From Azolla caroliniana (lineage: Eukaryota; Plantae; Polypodiophyta), in NCBI GenBank assembly GCA_043228905.1, contig JBHGNT010000013.1, positions 13,888,001-13,952,000 on the forward strand: DNA of 64,000 bases. The letters are read 5' to 3'. The notes beneath the pieces were generated by a model, which searched no databases, was not told the origin of the DNA, and saw only the letters and a program-made list of their open reading frames with translations. The position numbers were made by a program, and so were the translations under genes. The stretch's first letter is position 1. Every line of letters starts with the position of its first letter. Positions 37,441 through 48,740 of this stretch are shown here, in pieces.

Positions 37441-40400
37441 TTACTCTTCGCCTGCCGGCCCTTTCTCGGCCTCGGATCGGTCGTCGCTGCTGTCCAGGAG
37501 AATCGGGTCGGGTTCGTCGTCGTGCCGCTTCTTGAAAGCTTTGATCCTCTTCCCGGCCACGGGTATCGCTATTCTCGTACCGTCGAGTTCCGCCAGATGA
37601 TACGTCCCGTTGTCGTTGGCGCTCTGTACCGTGTACGGCCCGAACCATCTCTGTGCGAACTTCCGCGTTGCTCGGTGCTGGTTGTCGAGGCTGCTGTCGT
37701 AGACGAGCACCCAGTCACCTTCGTCGATTTTCTTCGGTCGTAGCCGGTGCGTTCGGTCGAACCGGGCTTTGTTCTTTGTCCTCGCCACCCGGAGCTTCTC
37801 CGTAGCCAGTGCCACGTCCTCCGGTCTCCGCTCGAGCTGTCGTATACGCGCGGCCAACAACTCCTCCCGGCTCATCTCGTCCCTCCAGTCGACCGTTGCC
37901 CACGAGGAGATCGTCCGTTCAATCGGCATGATCGGCTTCTGGCCGAACATGAGCTCTGTCGGCATGTACCCGGTTACCGAACTGTGCGTGGTCCGGTCTG
38001 CCCACAAAGCATAAGGTAGGAGCCGCGGCCAGTCACCGATTCGGCCTCCGCATGCCCGAACCAACGCCTTGACGATCGGTCCGTGTCCGCGCTCCACCTT
38101 TCCATTCGCCTCCGGATTGTACGCAGTGGTGAGCGAGAGCTTGACCCCCAGCCGGTCGAACAGCTCCGCGGCTTCTTTGGCGTCCAACTCCCCTCGGTCA
38201 GCCACGATCTTCCCGACGCACCCGTACCGGCATATCACGTCCTCGATTAGGAACCGACACACGGCCGCGGTCGTCTTGTTCTGAAGGGCTCGGCCTTCCA
38301 CCTGGTTCGTCAGGTCTTCCCGCGCTAGGACCAGATACCGCATCTGTCCTACCCCCATCGGCATCGTCACCAGATCTACCATCCATTTGAAGTGGATAGT
38401 CGGAGGGTACGTAGGGCGAAGCCCGTCCCGGTGTCGGACTATCGAGTGCATCTGACAACTCTCGCAAGTTGACACGAACCGATGCACGTCCCGGTACAAT
38501 CCCGGCCACCAGTACTTCCCCTTCAGCTTCTCAAATGTCGCCCACGTTCCACGGTGTCCAGCCCAAGGGCTGTCGTGGTGGGCCGCCAGTAGCTCCTCCT
38601 GTTCTTCCTTCATCGCCACCACCCGGAGCGGGACGCCGTTCCTCTTCTTCGGGTGCTTCCACAAATGCCCATCTCGGAGAAAGAATCGATATGCTTTCTT
38701 CCGGATCCGGTTGGCCTCGTCCTTCGTCCATGACGCATCGGGCGTCATTGTCTTCAAAAACCCGCCGATCTGCAGCCACTCCCCGTCGTACTTGCTCGCG
38801 TCGAACTCGTTAAGCGCCGGTGTGCTCATCCCGTCGGTCGTTATGTATGCCGCCTCGAAGAAATCCACGCCGACTTCTTCATCTTCCGAAACCATGCCGC
38901 CCTCGTCGTCGAACCTCGCCCTCGAAAGCATGTCGGCCATGGCGTTGTCTTTCCCGGAAATGTGTCGTATTTCCGGGTCCAGGGACTTGATGTACGCTAT
39001 CCACCTGAGCATCGCCAGGTCCGGAGTCGCGCATCCGGAAACCATACCGAGAATCGGCAGGCAATCCGTCTCGATGATCACTTCTGTCCCTATCAGGTAA
39101 TCTTTGTCGGCCTTAACCGCCGAAACAATACCCCAGAGTTCGCGTTTAACCTGGGCGTATCCTCGCTGCCGTTCACTGAGGACTTTCGCGCCGAATCGGA
39201 TCGGAAACCGATTGCCGTCCTCGTCTTCCTGGTTCACGACCCATCCGATCCCGGTCGGACTGGTATCCACCGTTATGAAGACCGGGGTGCCCTTCCCGTA
39301 TACCGCCTTCCGGAGTGCCGGTGCCGCTGCAAGGGCCTCTTTCAGCTTCCGGACCGATTCCGCGTGCTCGTCCAGCCATTCGAACCTTCGCCCCTTTTTC
39401 AGCAACCCGTACAGTGGCTCCGCGACGTGTGCGTAATGCGGGATCCATATGTGGTAGAACGCGCATGCCCCCAGGAATCTCCGTACTTCCGTGACCGAGC
39501 TGCAGTCGGGCTTCATCGCGGAGATGGCTTCTACCTTTGCCGGAGACGGTTTCCGGCCATATGGTCCGCACAGGTGTCCGACCACCATGATTTCTGACTG
39601 CCCGAAGGCCGACTTCTCCCCGGAGAAGGTGAGTCTCGCATCCTCTAGCCTTTGCAGCACCTTCTCGCAGTCGTCGATGTGCGTCGCCACGAATCGCCGG
39701 CATCCGTCCGGCCCGATCGTCTCGTCCCTTTCTTCCACCGGGCATCCCTTGATCGGAATGTCGTCCAGAAACGGCATGGTGATGTCCGGGATACAGTCCC
39801 TCAGAACCTTGTTCATCGCATTCACCATGTGGGCCACCGAGTTGGTCCCTCCTTGCGGCAGTGTACACATCCGAACTAGGCCGAGGGGAGTTCGCATCGT
39901 CGTAATGTCTCTGCTCTCCACGGCTAGCTGGAACTGGTCGTACCCTGAGTATAGATCCCCGACCGAGTAAATTGACCTTCCGGCGAAGGCCTCCGCGAAC
40001 TCGTCTATGGTCGGTCCGATCCCTGCGTTCCGAATGGTCACTCGATTGACCGGCTGCAGGTCCTGGATGAAGCGCAACGAACCGTTTTTCTTCGGTACGG
40101 TGAACCATCGATTCGAATATGGGGCGCTCGACGGCTCGAGAATTCCCATATCAACTTTCTGCCTCAGCAGCTCCATCAACTTCGGGATGTGAGCTCTCGG
40201 AACCGGGATTGGCTTGAGATTCCATGGTACATGCGGTACCGTGAATATCACCAATGGCTCCACGATCGTCGGGTCAACGCACCCGATTTCCTCCGGCGAG
40301 AATGCGAAGGCTTTCCCGTGCCTTCCGAGCATTCTCCGAAACCGGTCTTCCTCCGCCGGCAGTAGGAACCCGCCCCCACCTATTTTGAGCTCTCGGAGCG

Positions 40401-40929
40401 TCTCGTCGGTGAAGGTGTGCCCTATGCAGGCCGGATCTCGTAGACTAGGGTCCGATGCAACCCCTTTGATTCTCGACGCGCTGTCCTCCGGTAAGGGTGC
40501 CGCGACTGCCCTTACCTTCCGGTCCACAGTCTTGTACTTGGTGTTTACGCGGGCCGTCCGAACTGACTCGAGTCCTCGACCGAAGTCCGCGATGACTCTG
40601 TACATCTCCTCGGAACACACCGGTATCGTCCGGTCTTCGTTAAGGCCTTCTTCGACCACCTTTCCCAGCGTCCCCAAGGTGTCGTCGAATGAGACCGCCT
40701 CCACGGCTCCGCTGATTTCCTCGTCAGGGCCGAGAACTCCGCACGCTCGAAGTCTCCCCTCCGCCTTTGTCTTCTCTCGGCCGCCGATGCCGACTATCGT
40801 ACACGCTCCGCTGTCGGAGAAGCAAAATACCCTACCTGTCGTACACGGTTTTATCGTACAAATGTGGGGTTTTCCCGGAGCATCCGGACTGTCGCGGCCC
40901 CACGCCTTGGCAGTCCTCTCTAAAAATCC
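37441..40929 (-). CDS. Pol (RT-RH-IN) of element D, -1 frame
   Basis: Same as B Pol apart from one G>R change. Confidence 0.95.
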   Translation of the reverse strand, partial: GFLERTAKAWGRDSPDAPGKPHICTIKPCTTGRVFCFSDSGACTIVGIGGREKTKAEGRLRACGVLGPDEEISGAVEAVSFDDTLGTLGKVVEEGLNEDRTIPVCSEEMYRVIADFGRGLESVRTARVNTKYKTVDRKVRAVAAPLPEDSASRIKGVASDPSLRDPACIGHTFTDETLRELKIGGGGFLLPAEEDRFRRMLGRHGKAFAFSPEEIGCVDPTIVEPLVIFTVPHVPWNLKPIPVPRAHIPKLMELLRQKVDMGILEPSSAPYSNRWFTVPKKNGSLRFIQDLQPVNRVTIRNAGIGPTIDEFAEAFAGRSIYSVGDLYSGYDQFQLAVESRDITTMRTPLGLVRMCTLPQGGTNSVAHMVNAMNKVLRDCIPDITMPFLDDIPIKGCPVEERDETIGPDGCRRFVATHIDDCEKVLQRLEDARLTFSGEKSAFGQSEIMVVGHLCGPYGRKPSPAKVEAISAMKPDCSSVTEVRRFLGACAFYHIWIPHYAHVAEPLYGLLKKGRRFEWLDEHAESVRKLKEALAAAPALRKAVYGKGTPVFITVDTSPTGIGWVVNQEDEDGNRFPIRFGAKVLSERQRGYAQVKRELWGIVSAVKADKDYLIGTEVIIETDCLPILGMVSGCATPDLAMLRWIAYIKSLDPEIRHISGKDNAMADMLSRARFDDEGGMVSEDEEVGVDFFEAAYITTDGMSTPALNEFDASKYDGEWLQIGGFLKTMTPDASWTKDEANRIRKKAYRFFLRDGHLWKHPKKRNGVPLRVVAMKEEQEELLAAHHDSPWAGHRGTWATFEKLKGKYWWPGLYRDVHRFVSTCESCQMHSIVRHRDGLRPTYPPTIHFKWMVDLVTMPMGVGQMRYLVLAREDLTNQVEGRALQNKTTAAVCRFLIEDVICRYGCVGKIVADRGELDAKEAAELFDRLGVKLSLTTAYNPEANGKVERGHGPIVKALVRACGGRIGDWPRLLPYALWADRTTHSSVTGYMPTELMFGQKPIMPIERTISSWATVDWRDEMSREELLAARIRQLERRPEDVALATEKLRVARTKNKARFDRTHRLRPKKIDEGDWVLVYDSSLDNQHRATRKFAQRWFGPYTVQSANDNGTYHLAELDGTRIAIPVAGKRIKAFKKRHDDEPDPILLDSSDDRSEAEKGPAGEE

Positions 40930-43046
40930 TCTCGGTTATCGGAACCGAGGGAGTCGCGGTTACGCTCGTGGTTCGGCCTAACCGTCAAAAACTGGACCGA
41001 ATGGCGCCCGTCCTGGCTCTTGACCCGCGCATAGGCCGAACCATTGTCCAGCACCTTGGTCTCCATTCGCGCCGCCGTGATGTACGGCTCTCCCAGAATG
41101 ACCGGATGCGAAGACGTCTCCTGCACGAAGAAGTGCTGGTCAATCTCGACGTCGCCGATCTTGACTCGCACATTCGGACAGGCCCCGTGCAGTTCCTCGG
41201 TGGCGCGCGTTGCTGCCCTTATTTTCCACCCGTGCTTGGTGTTGATCGGCCATTTGCCCTTCTTATAGAAGTCCATGGACATCAAATTGATCTCCGATCC
41301 GTGGTCTACTAAAGCTACCACCGGTTCCTGGACATCGCCGATCTTCACCGAGGTTTCCGTGGTCGCTCGGGCCCAATGTGGTCTCGAATAGTGGCTTTCC
41401 GCCCACTCGTCTCCCAGCGCCATGTCGTCTAGGTGCGTCGTCCGCACTTCCACCGGTCTTTCCGGTTCTGTCTCCGTCGACAGCCTCTTCCGTTTCACCA
41501 AGTCCACGATGGAGTCGTGGAACTCCTTCTTGGCGATTCCCAGCACCTCTCGTAACGACAGCTCCACCTTGCTGTCGAGGATCCGTTCCTCCAGGACCTT
41601 TCGTAAGTCCGTGGTTCTTTCTATCTCCGTCCCCAGACGGTACCCGCCCTTCTGGGGTTTATCTCGCGTACCGGCCCCGCCGGCTTCGTCCCGTCGTGGC
41701 CCGGACCGGGTCTCGTATCGTTGTGAGGGCCCGGTCGTCCCGGGTTTCCCCACCCGCTTCTCTTCTACCAGAGCCTCGTAGTTCCGGCAAGCGGCTTCCA
41801 CGAAGCCCGTCTTTTCCTCGACCGGGTCGCTCCACCCGGTCATCTCCCGTACCCGTTTCTCCGCACGGTCCGATTCCTCCCTTTTAAGCCCTGCACCGGC
41901 AAGGCCTTCCAGCATCGTCGGCCAGAATCCGGCTTTGCTTTCCCCCCGGGCCTCGCCGCCCCCGACTCGAATGCCGGCTGACGCCGAGTAGTGGACGGTT
42001 TCCGCGTGTCGGGCCGCCGCCTCTTCCATCACCCTTTTCATACCGCCTTTTCCGTCGTTTCGGCTCAGGGCCCTTCGGGTGTCGCTGGCATGCACCCGTC
42101 CTTCCCACAGGTACACCACCCTGTTCCTCAGCGCCTCCGCGAAGTCGCCGCAGTCCTTCCGAATGTGGCCGACTTCATCGCACCACATGCACCTGTTTCC
42201 TGCCGCCGGCCGTCGGTCACGAGCCGGTTCGCCTCCTTCCCTTCGGGCCTGCGCGATTTGGAGGTCCTTTATCGCCTTCGTCAATTCCTCCAGCGCCGCT
42301 CCTCCGGTTGAGCCTCTGACTACGCCGGTCGAAGCCGAACCGGTTTCCAACCACTCCCGGGTCTCTTCCTTGCGCACCTGCGGCGCTGGTTCGAGCTTCC
42401 TTGCTGCGACCGAGCCCGACCCGGTCGCCCCGTTATCCGCCCATTCTCGCCGTTTGTCGAAACGGCCACAGACCTTCCTGACAGCCGCCCAGTCGGTAGT
42501 GAGCCCGTCTTCGGTCTCCAGCAAGAAGCCCACTTGCTCCCGATCCCGCTCGTCGACCGACTTGACAAACAGCAAGACCCGGCTCGTGTCCAGGATGGTT
42601 CTGTCGAGCGCCGAAAGGCGCGCAAAGTTTTCCTCGAACTCCCGGAGGAGTGCCGAAGCGTTTCTTCCCTTCCCCGGGGACTCCACCCATTCCATGAACC
42701 TTCGCTTCGAAAGCCGGAGCGCGTCGTCCAGCCCGTATTTCTCTAGGAGCCGACCTTCGAACTCCTCCCAGGTACGGCTCTCCGTCCGCACCTCGAGCAC
42801 CTCCGCATGGATGCTCGGCATCGCCACTCGGGGAAATCCGGCAAGACGCCTTTCTTCCGGAATGTCCCGCATCAGCATCTCTGCACCGTAGGACGCCAAA
42901 TACTTCGTGGCATCCTTCCCATCGAACCGGCCGATCGTGCCGACGACCGCCTCAATAGCTCTGTCGAGGGCACCGGTGCTCTCGCGCGCGTTTACAATCC
43001 GATCCACGGCCGAAGCCATGGCCTCTGCGAGATCCGACCCCCTCAT
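40920..43046 (-). CDS. Gag-protease of element D
   Basis: Same as B Gag-PR apart from one P>S change. Confidence 0.95.
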   Translation of the reverse strand: MRGSDLAEAMASAVDRIVNARESTGALDRAIEAVVGTIGRFDGKDATKYLASYGAEMLMRDIPEERRLAGFPRVAMPSIHAEVLEVRTESRTWEEFEGRLLEKYGLDDALRLSKRRFMEWVESPGKGRNASALLREFEENFARLSALDRTILDTSRVLLFVKSVDERDREQVGFLLETEDGLTTDWAAVRKVCGRFDKRREWADNGATGSGSVAARKLEPAPQVRKEETREWLETGSASTGVVRGSTGGAALEELTKAIKDLQIAQARREGGEPARDRRPAAGNRCMWCDEVGHIRKDCGDFAEALRNRVVYLWEGRVHASDTRRALSRNDGKGGMKRVMEEAAARHAETVHYSASAGIRVGGGEARGESKAGFWPTMLEGLAGAGLKREESDRAEKRVREMTGWSDPVEEKTGFVEAACRNYEALVEEKRVGKPGTTGPSQRYETRSGPRRDEAGGAGTRDKPQKGGYRLGTEIERTTDLRKVLEERILDSKVELSLREVLGIAKKEFHDSIVDLVKRKRLSTETEPERPVEVRTTHLDDMALGDEWAESHYSRPHWARATTETSVKIGDVQEPVVALVDHGSEINLMSMDFYKKGKWPINTKHGWKIRAATRATEELHGACPNVRVKIGDVEIDQHFFVQETSSHPVILGEPYITAARMETKVLDNGSAYARVKSQDGRHSVQFLTVRPNHERNRDSLGSDNREDF

Positions 43047-46000
43047 TTCCTGCTCTTCTGCCGCCTCTTTCACGTCGGGTTCACCAAGATGTCGGGGTTG
43101 CTACGCCCTTGCGTGCAGAAAGGAGGAGGGACCACGGGGGTCTTGGACCGAAGAGCAAGAGAGAGCGGAGTAAGAGAGAGACCCGATTACACAGAACCGA
43201 AGATTGCACAGGAACACGGCCCAACAAACAGAGATCACAAACAAACGCCGACGCAGATGGACGCAACAACGAAAGATATGTACTTATGAATGCAAGAAAA
43301 TAACAGACCAAAGTATTACAACCCACGGTGGGGCACGGAATAGATACTAACGAAAACGAACGGGGCGGCGAACAGATGCCGACCCCTGTATGTTGCGACG
43401 CACAGAAAGGGGAAACAGGTCGGAGGTGCTGCAGGACGCACTCGGGGCGTTCCACGGAGCAGCGCAAGCCTCCTCGAAACCTGTACAGGTACGCGATGGA
43501 GCAGAAGACAGAGAAAGCAGGAGTGAGAGAGGAGCTCCGAAATCGGTTCGGCAGCACTTCGTCCTCTCCGCGCGAGATGATCCACTTCTATTCTCCCTCT
43601 TCCTTTTATAGCCCGTCAAGAGGCCGTTTGGCATTAACTGCATACCCACCGAGGATCCTCGTATGTACTTCTTGGCGCGCGTGTGTGCAGAGCCGTTTCC
43701 CACGCCTTGTTCCTCCGATTCCTCTTGTGGGCGGTTTTCTTCACGACAACGTGTACGAGAAAAAGTCCTCATTTTCTTGATCAAACAACTGTTCAACATG
43801 AAGATAAGAGAGACCGATCCGGCTACCTCTCACATCAACACCTTTAGCCAGGTGTTGTAAGAACTCCCCTCACAAGGGATCAACTTTGAAGAAGAAGTGA
43901 AAGCCCTTGCCCTCCTATCGAGCTTGTCGGCGAGTTGGGAGGTATTTTGCACGACATACGCCAATAGCCGACCGATCCTAAATCTGGATGAGACGATCAG
44001 CCAAGTCCTCACCAAGGATATTCGGCGAAAATTGATGCCAAGACGTACCATCGATGAATCGGCAGAAACCCATCACTCGATCGAGTCATTCGACCGATAG
44101 AGTCAAATGAGAGAACAAGCCGACAAAACCGGTCAGAATACCAACCGATCAAAAACGAGGGGAGACCAACAATGGTCGAAGTTGAGAACGGGTTGATCAT
44201 GCGAATTCTGCACACACTGCAAAAAAGTTGGCCACAATGTTTCCGACTGTTGGTCGATCAAGAGGAAAGAGAGTGGTCGGAGATCCGAGTGAAATCAAGG
44301 ATGACCCGACTCGAACCACTCTCCACTCAGCAACCAAATCAACGTTGTCGACACCCGATCAAGAGAAATTCTCTCCTTAGAGGACTCGATGATCGAAGAA
44401 GTTCTCTACACTGCATAGGATGCACACACGTGGCTACTAGATTCTTGTGCCACATTCCACGTGACCCCCAACATTGAATATTCAACCGACTCTAGCAGCA
44501 CAGTCAGACTAGGCAACGGGCAAGAGTGCAAAATCACAGGGACCGGAGAAGTTCCCATCTGATTGCCCAATGGCAACATGATCAGCCTGCACCGAGTTTG
44601 GCACGTACTTGATCTGAAAAGGAGTCTGGTCTCCATCGGCATGCTATCCGAAGACGGGTACAAAACGACTCTAAGTGAGTCGGTATGGATGCTCAGTTGA
44701 GGAAACCTAAAGATAGGAGGTGGGCACAAGTAAAATAACTTGTACCCAATTATGGTGATCAATCCAGAAGGGGTCGTGAACGTAGCCGAAAAGACCGACC
44801 CAAACCTATGGCATGGCAAACTTGGGCATATGTCTCAAGCCAGACTTGATCGGCTAATGGCGGTCGGCTACATCCTGAAACTCCAAGCGAAGATGGCCTT
44901 CTGCGAGCACTATCAATACAGGAAACAGGCCCGAAGTCCACACACTCTCCACTACGAGACGATACGAAAGCCCCTAGTGCTCGTGCACACAGATATATGT
45001 GGGCCCATGTCATAGCGATCACTAGGAGGCTCCCGATACTTCATCACCTTTGTAGATGACTGTACACGGAAGGTCTGGGCCTACTCAATCTGGTCCAAAG
45101 ACAAAGCGCTCGAGGTCTTCACTCGGTGGACATCTTAAGTGGAGAACCGGTTGGGACATAGAGTGAAGACACTCTTATCCGACAACGGAGGTGAATATAC
45201 CTCCAGAGCCTTCAAGCAGTACCTTTCTTACAAAGGGATCTGGCATCAAAAGACCATTTCTTACACACCCATGCAGAATGGAGTGGCAGAACGGATCAAT
45301 CGAACAATCCAGGAGAGGGTGACGGCAATGCTGCAACAAGTTGGGTTGAAGCTGGAGTTCTAGGATGAGGCATTGCATACGACAATATACTTGGTAAATC
45401 TATCAATGTCGAAGGCAATCAAGCTGGAAGTGCCACAAGCATTATGGTTAGGCAAACACTTGACATACAATAGGCTTCATGTATTCGGATACAAAGCCTA
45501 CGTGTTCATCCCCAGGCAGAAAAGGACCAAGTTGGCACCCCATGCAGCGAAATGCATATTTCTTGGTTATGGAACCGATGGGGATTTTGGCTACAGACCA
45601 TGGGACCCTGAGAATCGGAAACTAATCTGAAGTAGTGATGTAGTCTTCAATGAACATTGAAGACTCTATCTTCTGTTTGTGGAACCAACAAAAAATAGTT
45701 GGTAAAAAGGTATCCTTCACAGACGACAAAGATGTCGTAGAAGGACCGACCCACCGGGCTGACTCAGAGATTCGACAAACAGTCGAACTCGACCAAGCCG
45801 ACAACATACCTGCCAACTCCGAATCGGTAGGAAGTCCACTAGTTGAACTCAAGGAAAAATCCATCAAAGACAGAGCCGATTCGACAAGAGTTGAAGAAGG
45901 CAAAGTCAACAAGATGCGAGTAGGAAACAGAACCGAGTCGACAAAATCCATAGGGGAGGACAACGTGACACCACAGAAATCCCAACTTGGGGGCGAGTCA

Positions 46001-47457
46001 CCTAACAAGACTCCTGACACAAGTGGTGCAACAAATACCGATCGCCCAACAGAGCCGATCGAAGAATCCGAACCACTTATCTCAGCACCCAGGAGATCTG
46101 GACGAGCTTGAAGACCAACAAAGTTTTTTCAACTGGGCCTCGACTACGTCAACTACACCGATGCATGCGAACCAAGCAGTTATGAAGAAGTTATGGCCGC
46201 AACGGACACCGATACATGGCTAAAAGCCATGAAATCCGAAATGGACTCAATTCACAAGAATCACACATGGGAGTTGCACGAGCTACCAACTGGAAGAAAT
46301 CCGCCACCTTGCAAATGGGTTTTCCGATACAAATATGTATCTGACTCAGAGAAACCCAAGTATAAATCTCGGTTTGTCGCGAAAGGGTTCAAACAAGAAC
46401 ATGGGGTCGACTACGACGAGATATTCTCACCAGTAGTCAAGATGACCACCCTCCGACGCTTACTAGGAATTGTGGCGACAGAAGACCTAGAGCTAGAGCA
46501 GCTAGATGTAAAGACGACATTCCTACACAAAGATCTAGAACAAGACATCCACATGTCTCAACCGGCAGGCTTCACGGCGACAGGGAGGAAAATCACCTTG
46601 TATGTTGACTAAAGGAAAGTCTCTATCGCTTGAAACAAGCACCGAGGATGTGGTACCAGAAGTTCGACTGCTACATTAGGCAACTTGGATACCGTCGATC
46701 TGACTCTGACCCATGTATGTATGTTCGGCAATTGGCCGACGAGTCTAGTATTTATCTAATCCTATATGTTGATGACATGTTGATTACAAGAAGCAATCAA
46801 GCAGAGATCGGAAAGCTGACGCGGAGCCTTCACGACAAGTTCGCAATGAAGGAACTCAGACAAACCCGTCACATACTGGGCATGAGGATCGAGCGAAATC
46901 GGACGACCAAGACTCTCCGACTCTCCCGGTCCGACTACATCCAGAAGGTGTTGAGGCGCTTCAACATGCAGAATGCGAAACCAGCACCAACATTACTTCC
47001 GACGTCGATCCGACTATCTAACAGATACTCTCCTTCAAGGGACAAGGAGAGAGAGCTTAATGGAAAGATGCCCTACACATCGGTTGTAGGAAGTATCATG
47101 TACACAATGGTGGCGACCCGACCCGACCTAGCCTATCCCGAATCAATCATGATAATGAGCCATGCTAGGATCGACACGGACCTCACCTATGCTGACTCGA
47201 CTATATGCTGACCAACTTGTAACATAAATTTAGATTATTGTTGTAATCTAGGTTTAGGAGGGAGACAACCCCAAACACATGTACATGTAGGAAAGAGTAG
47301 TCCTTTTACGGGGGAGTTTGTTGGCATAAAAGGCTGACTCCTTCCACTTTGTATCCTAGTGTGAATTCGTCCATATAGTTAGGGCTTAGTATATAAGCAA
47401 TAACCTAACGTTGTAAAGTGAGAATCGCTTGCTCATTCTTGTACAGAGTCTCTGAGA

Positions 47458-47497
<40 letters not shown>

Positions 47498-48029
47498 AGA
47501 AATAAAGAGAGCTTCCATTAAAGCTTCATCTATATATCTAACATCCGTCTATATCTTCTTGCCCTCCTTCTGTGTTGTTTGCTGAGCACAACCTACAGAT
47601 CCTCACATACGTTTCCGCACATATCTGTCCTTCAAGGAGAATATAGGTACAAGGGTGTAAGTCCTATATTAAATGTACTTGGGAGTGGAGGATCTAGAAA
47701 ATCTCTCTTAAGTACAAGGTCCTACTTAAGGCGTTATAGTCAACACTTCTAACTAGATTCTATCTAGGTAACTACGAAGTTACATGGTTGACTAACTAAC
47801 TAGACTAAGTTGAGCTTGATCTCTTAACAATTATTTTATGAAGGGTCCTCTTAATGTAATCTAGTGTCCACTTCTTAATACAATGAACTTATTCAGTATT
47901 AAACTTGTACTCGTCACTTTAATCTCATGTTTAAACTCTCCATCGAGCTTTCGAGATGACCTACTTCGCATTGGCGAACTCTAACAACTCTGTGCTTCGT
48001 GAGCGTTTGCTAGAGCCTTCAACTCAAGG

Positions 48030-48250
48030 GGTTTCTTCGACTAAGCGTGTTTCTTCGACATACGCATTTCTCCGACAAGCATGTTTCTTCAACAAGCGTG
48101 AGCCTTCGATAAGTACATTTCTTTGACAAGAGCGAGCCTTCGACAAGCGCGTTTCTTCGACAAGAGCAAGCCTTTGACTAGTGCAAGCTTTCGACTAACG
48201 CGATCTTCCGACTAGTTTGATCTTTTGACAATCGCGACTCTTCGACTCCT
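48030..48250. repeat. Degenerate ~16-18-bp tandem array (TTCGACAAGCGYGTTTC-like), possibly inside an old LTR split by E
   Basis: About 12 TTCGAC/TTTGAC units, followed by GACCCCTTGTGGTCC (~48276), which resembles the LTR 3' motif of the gypsy group. Confidence 0.6.
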
Positions 48251-48372
48251 CCATCGTTGCAACTCCTTAGTCCAGGACCCCTTGTGGTCCTGCTCAAGCA
48301 GCACACGCATACACTACGCCAAGTTAGGTTTAGAGAATTACAATGTCCGGGTTAGGTAATTTGATGGGACTA

Positions 48373-48699
48373 TTTTATTTCGATGATTGGGTAGACACCC
48401 TATTTTGTTGTAGACCAATTGTCTCATTGGCTAAATTTTGGCCTTAGAAGACGTTAATATGTATATATATTTCTTTCTTTCTTTCTTTCTATATATGGTT
48501 TTCAGCTCTTTCTCAAGCTCTCTGTAGAAGAGAAGAAGTGCAGAGAATACACAATCTCCATTGAAGTATATACAGGTCAGTTCTATCTTCTTTACTTCTC
48601 TCCGTGTTTGTTTTCTTCTTTCCTGTACCCAGTCTATTTCATAACTGGCTGGCTGGATTGATACTTGCAATTGGACTTGTTGCATCTTTGCATGCGTGC

Positions 48700-48740
<41 letters not shown>

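Larger units (their letters stand above)
36710..43748 (-). mobile_element. Element D: intact 7039-bp copy of B in inverted orientation, inserted in F gag
   Basis: Coordinates mirror B exactly (x maps to 61236-x). LTRs 36710-37368 and 43090-43748 differ at one site seen (37140). Flanks CCGT/ACGT. Removing it restores F gag WEKLQT|VYEKK. Confidence 0.98.
36435..47211 (+). pseudogene. Degenerate copia polyprotein of F (gag-PR-IN-RT); RNase H missing
   Basis: IRKFDSKNFSLWK gag, LWHGKLGH, LVHTDICGP integrase, CKWVF..ARFVAKG-like and LYVDDMLI RT motifs, many stops. It ends shortly after TRPDLAY, ~100 bp before the PPT. Confidence 0.88.
36042..47634 (+). mobile_element. Element F: Ty1/copia retrotransposon inserted in the 5' LTR of E
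   Basis: LTRs 36042-36337 and 47319-47634; perfect 5-bp TSD AGGAG; Met-i PBS TGGTATCAGAGC 36340-36351; PPT GGGGGAG 47310-47316; interrupted by D. Confidence 0.95.
25386..47829 (-). mobile_element. Element E: defective Ty1/copia retrotransposon, the base of the nest
   Basis: 3' LTR 25386-25821 with PPT (CGCCCCTTCAAG). The 5' LTR starts at 35236 next to a Met-i PBS (35224-35235) and is split into 35236-35292, 35875-36041 and 47640-47829. TSD ATTGT/ATTAT. Confidence 0.9.
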
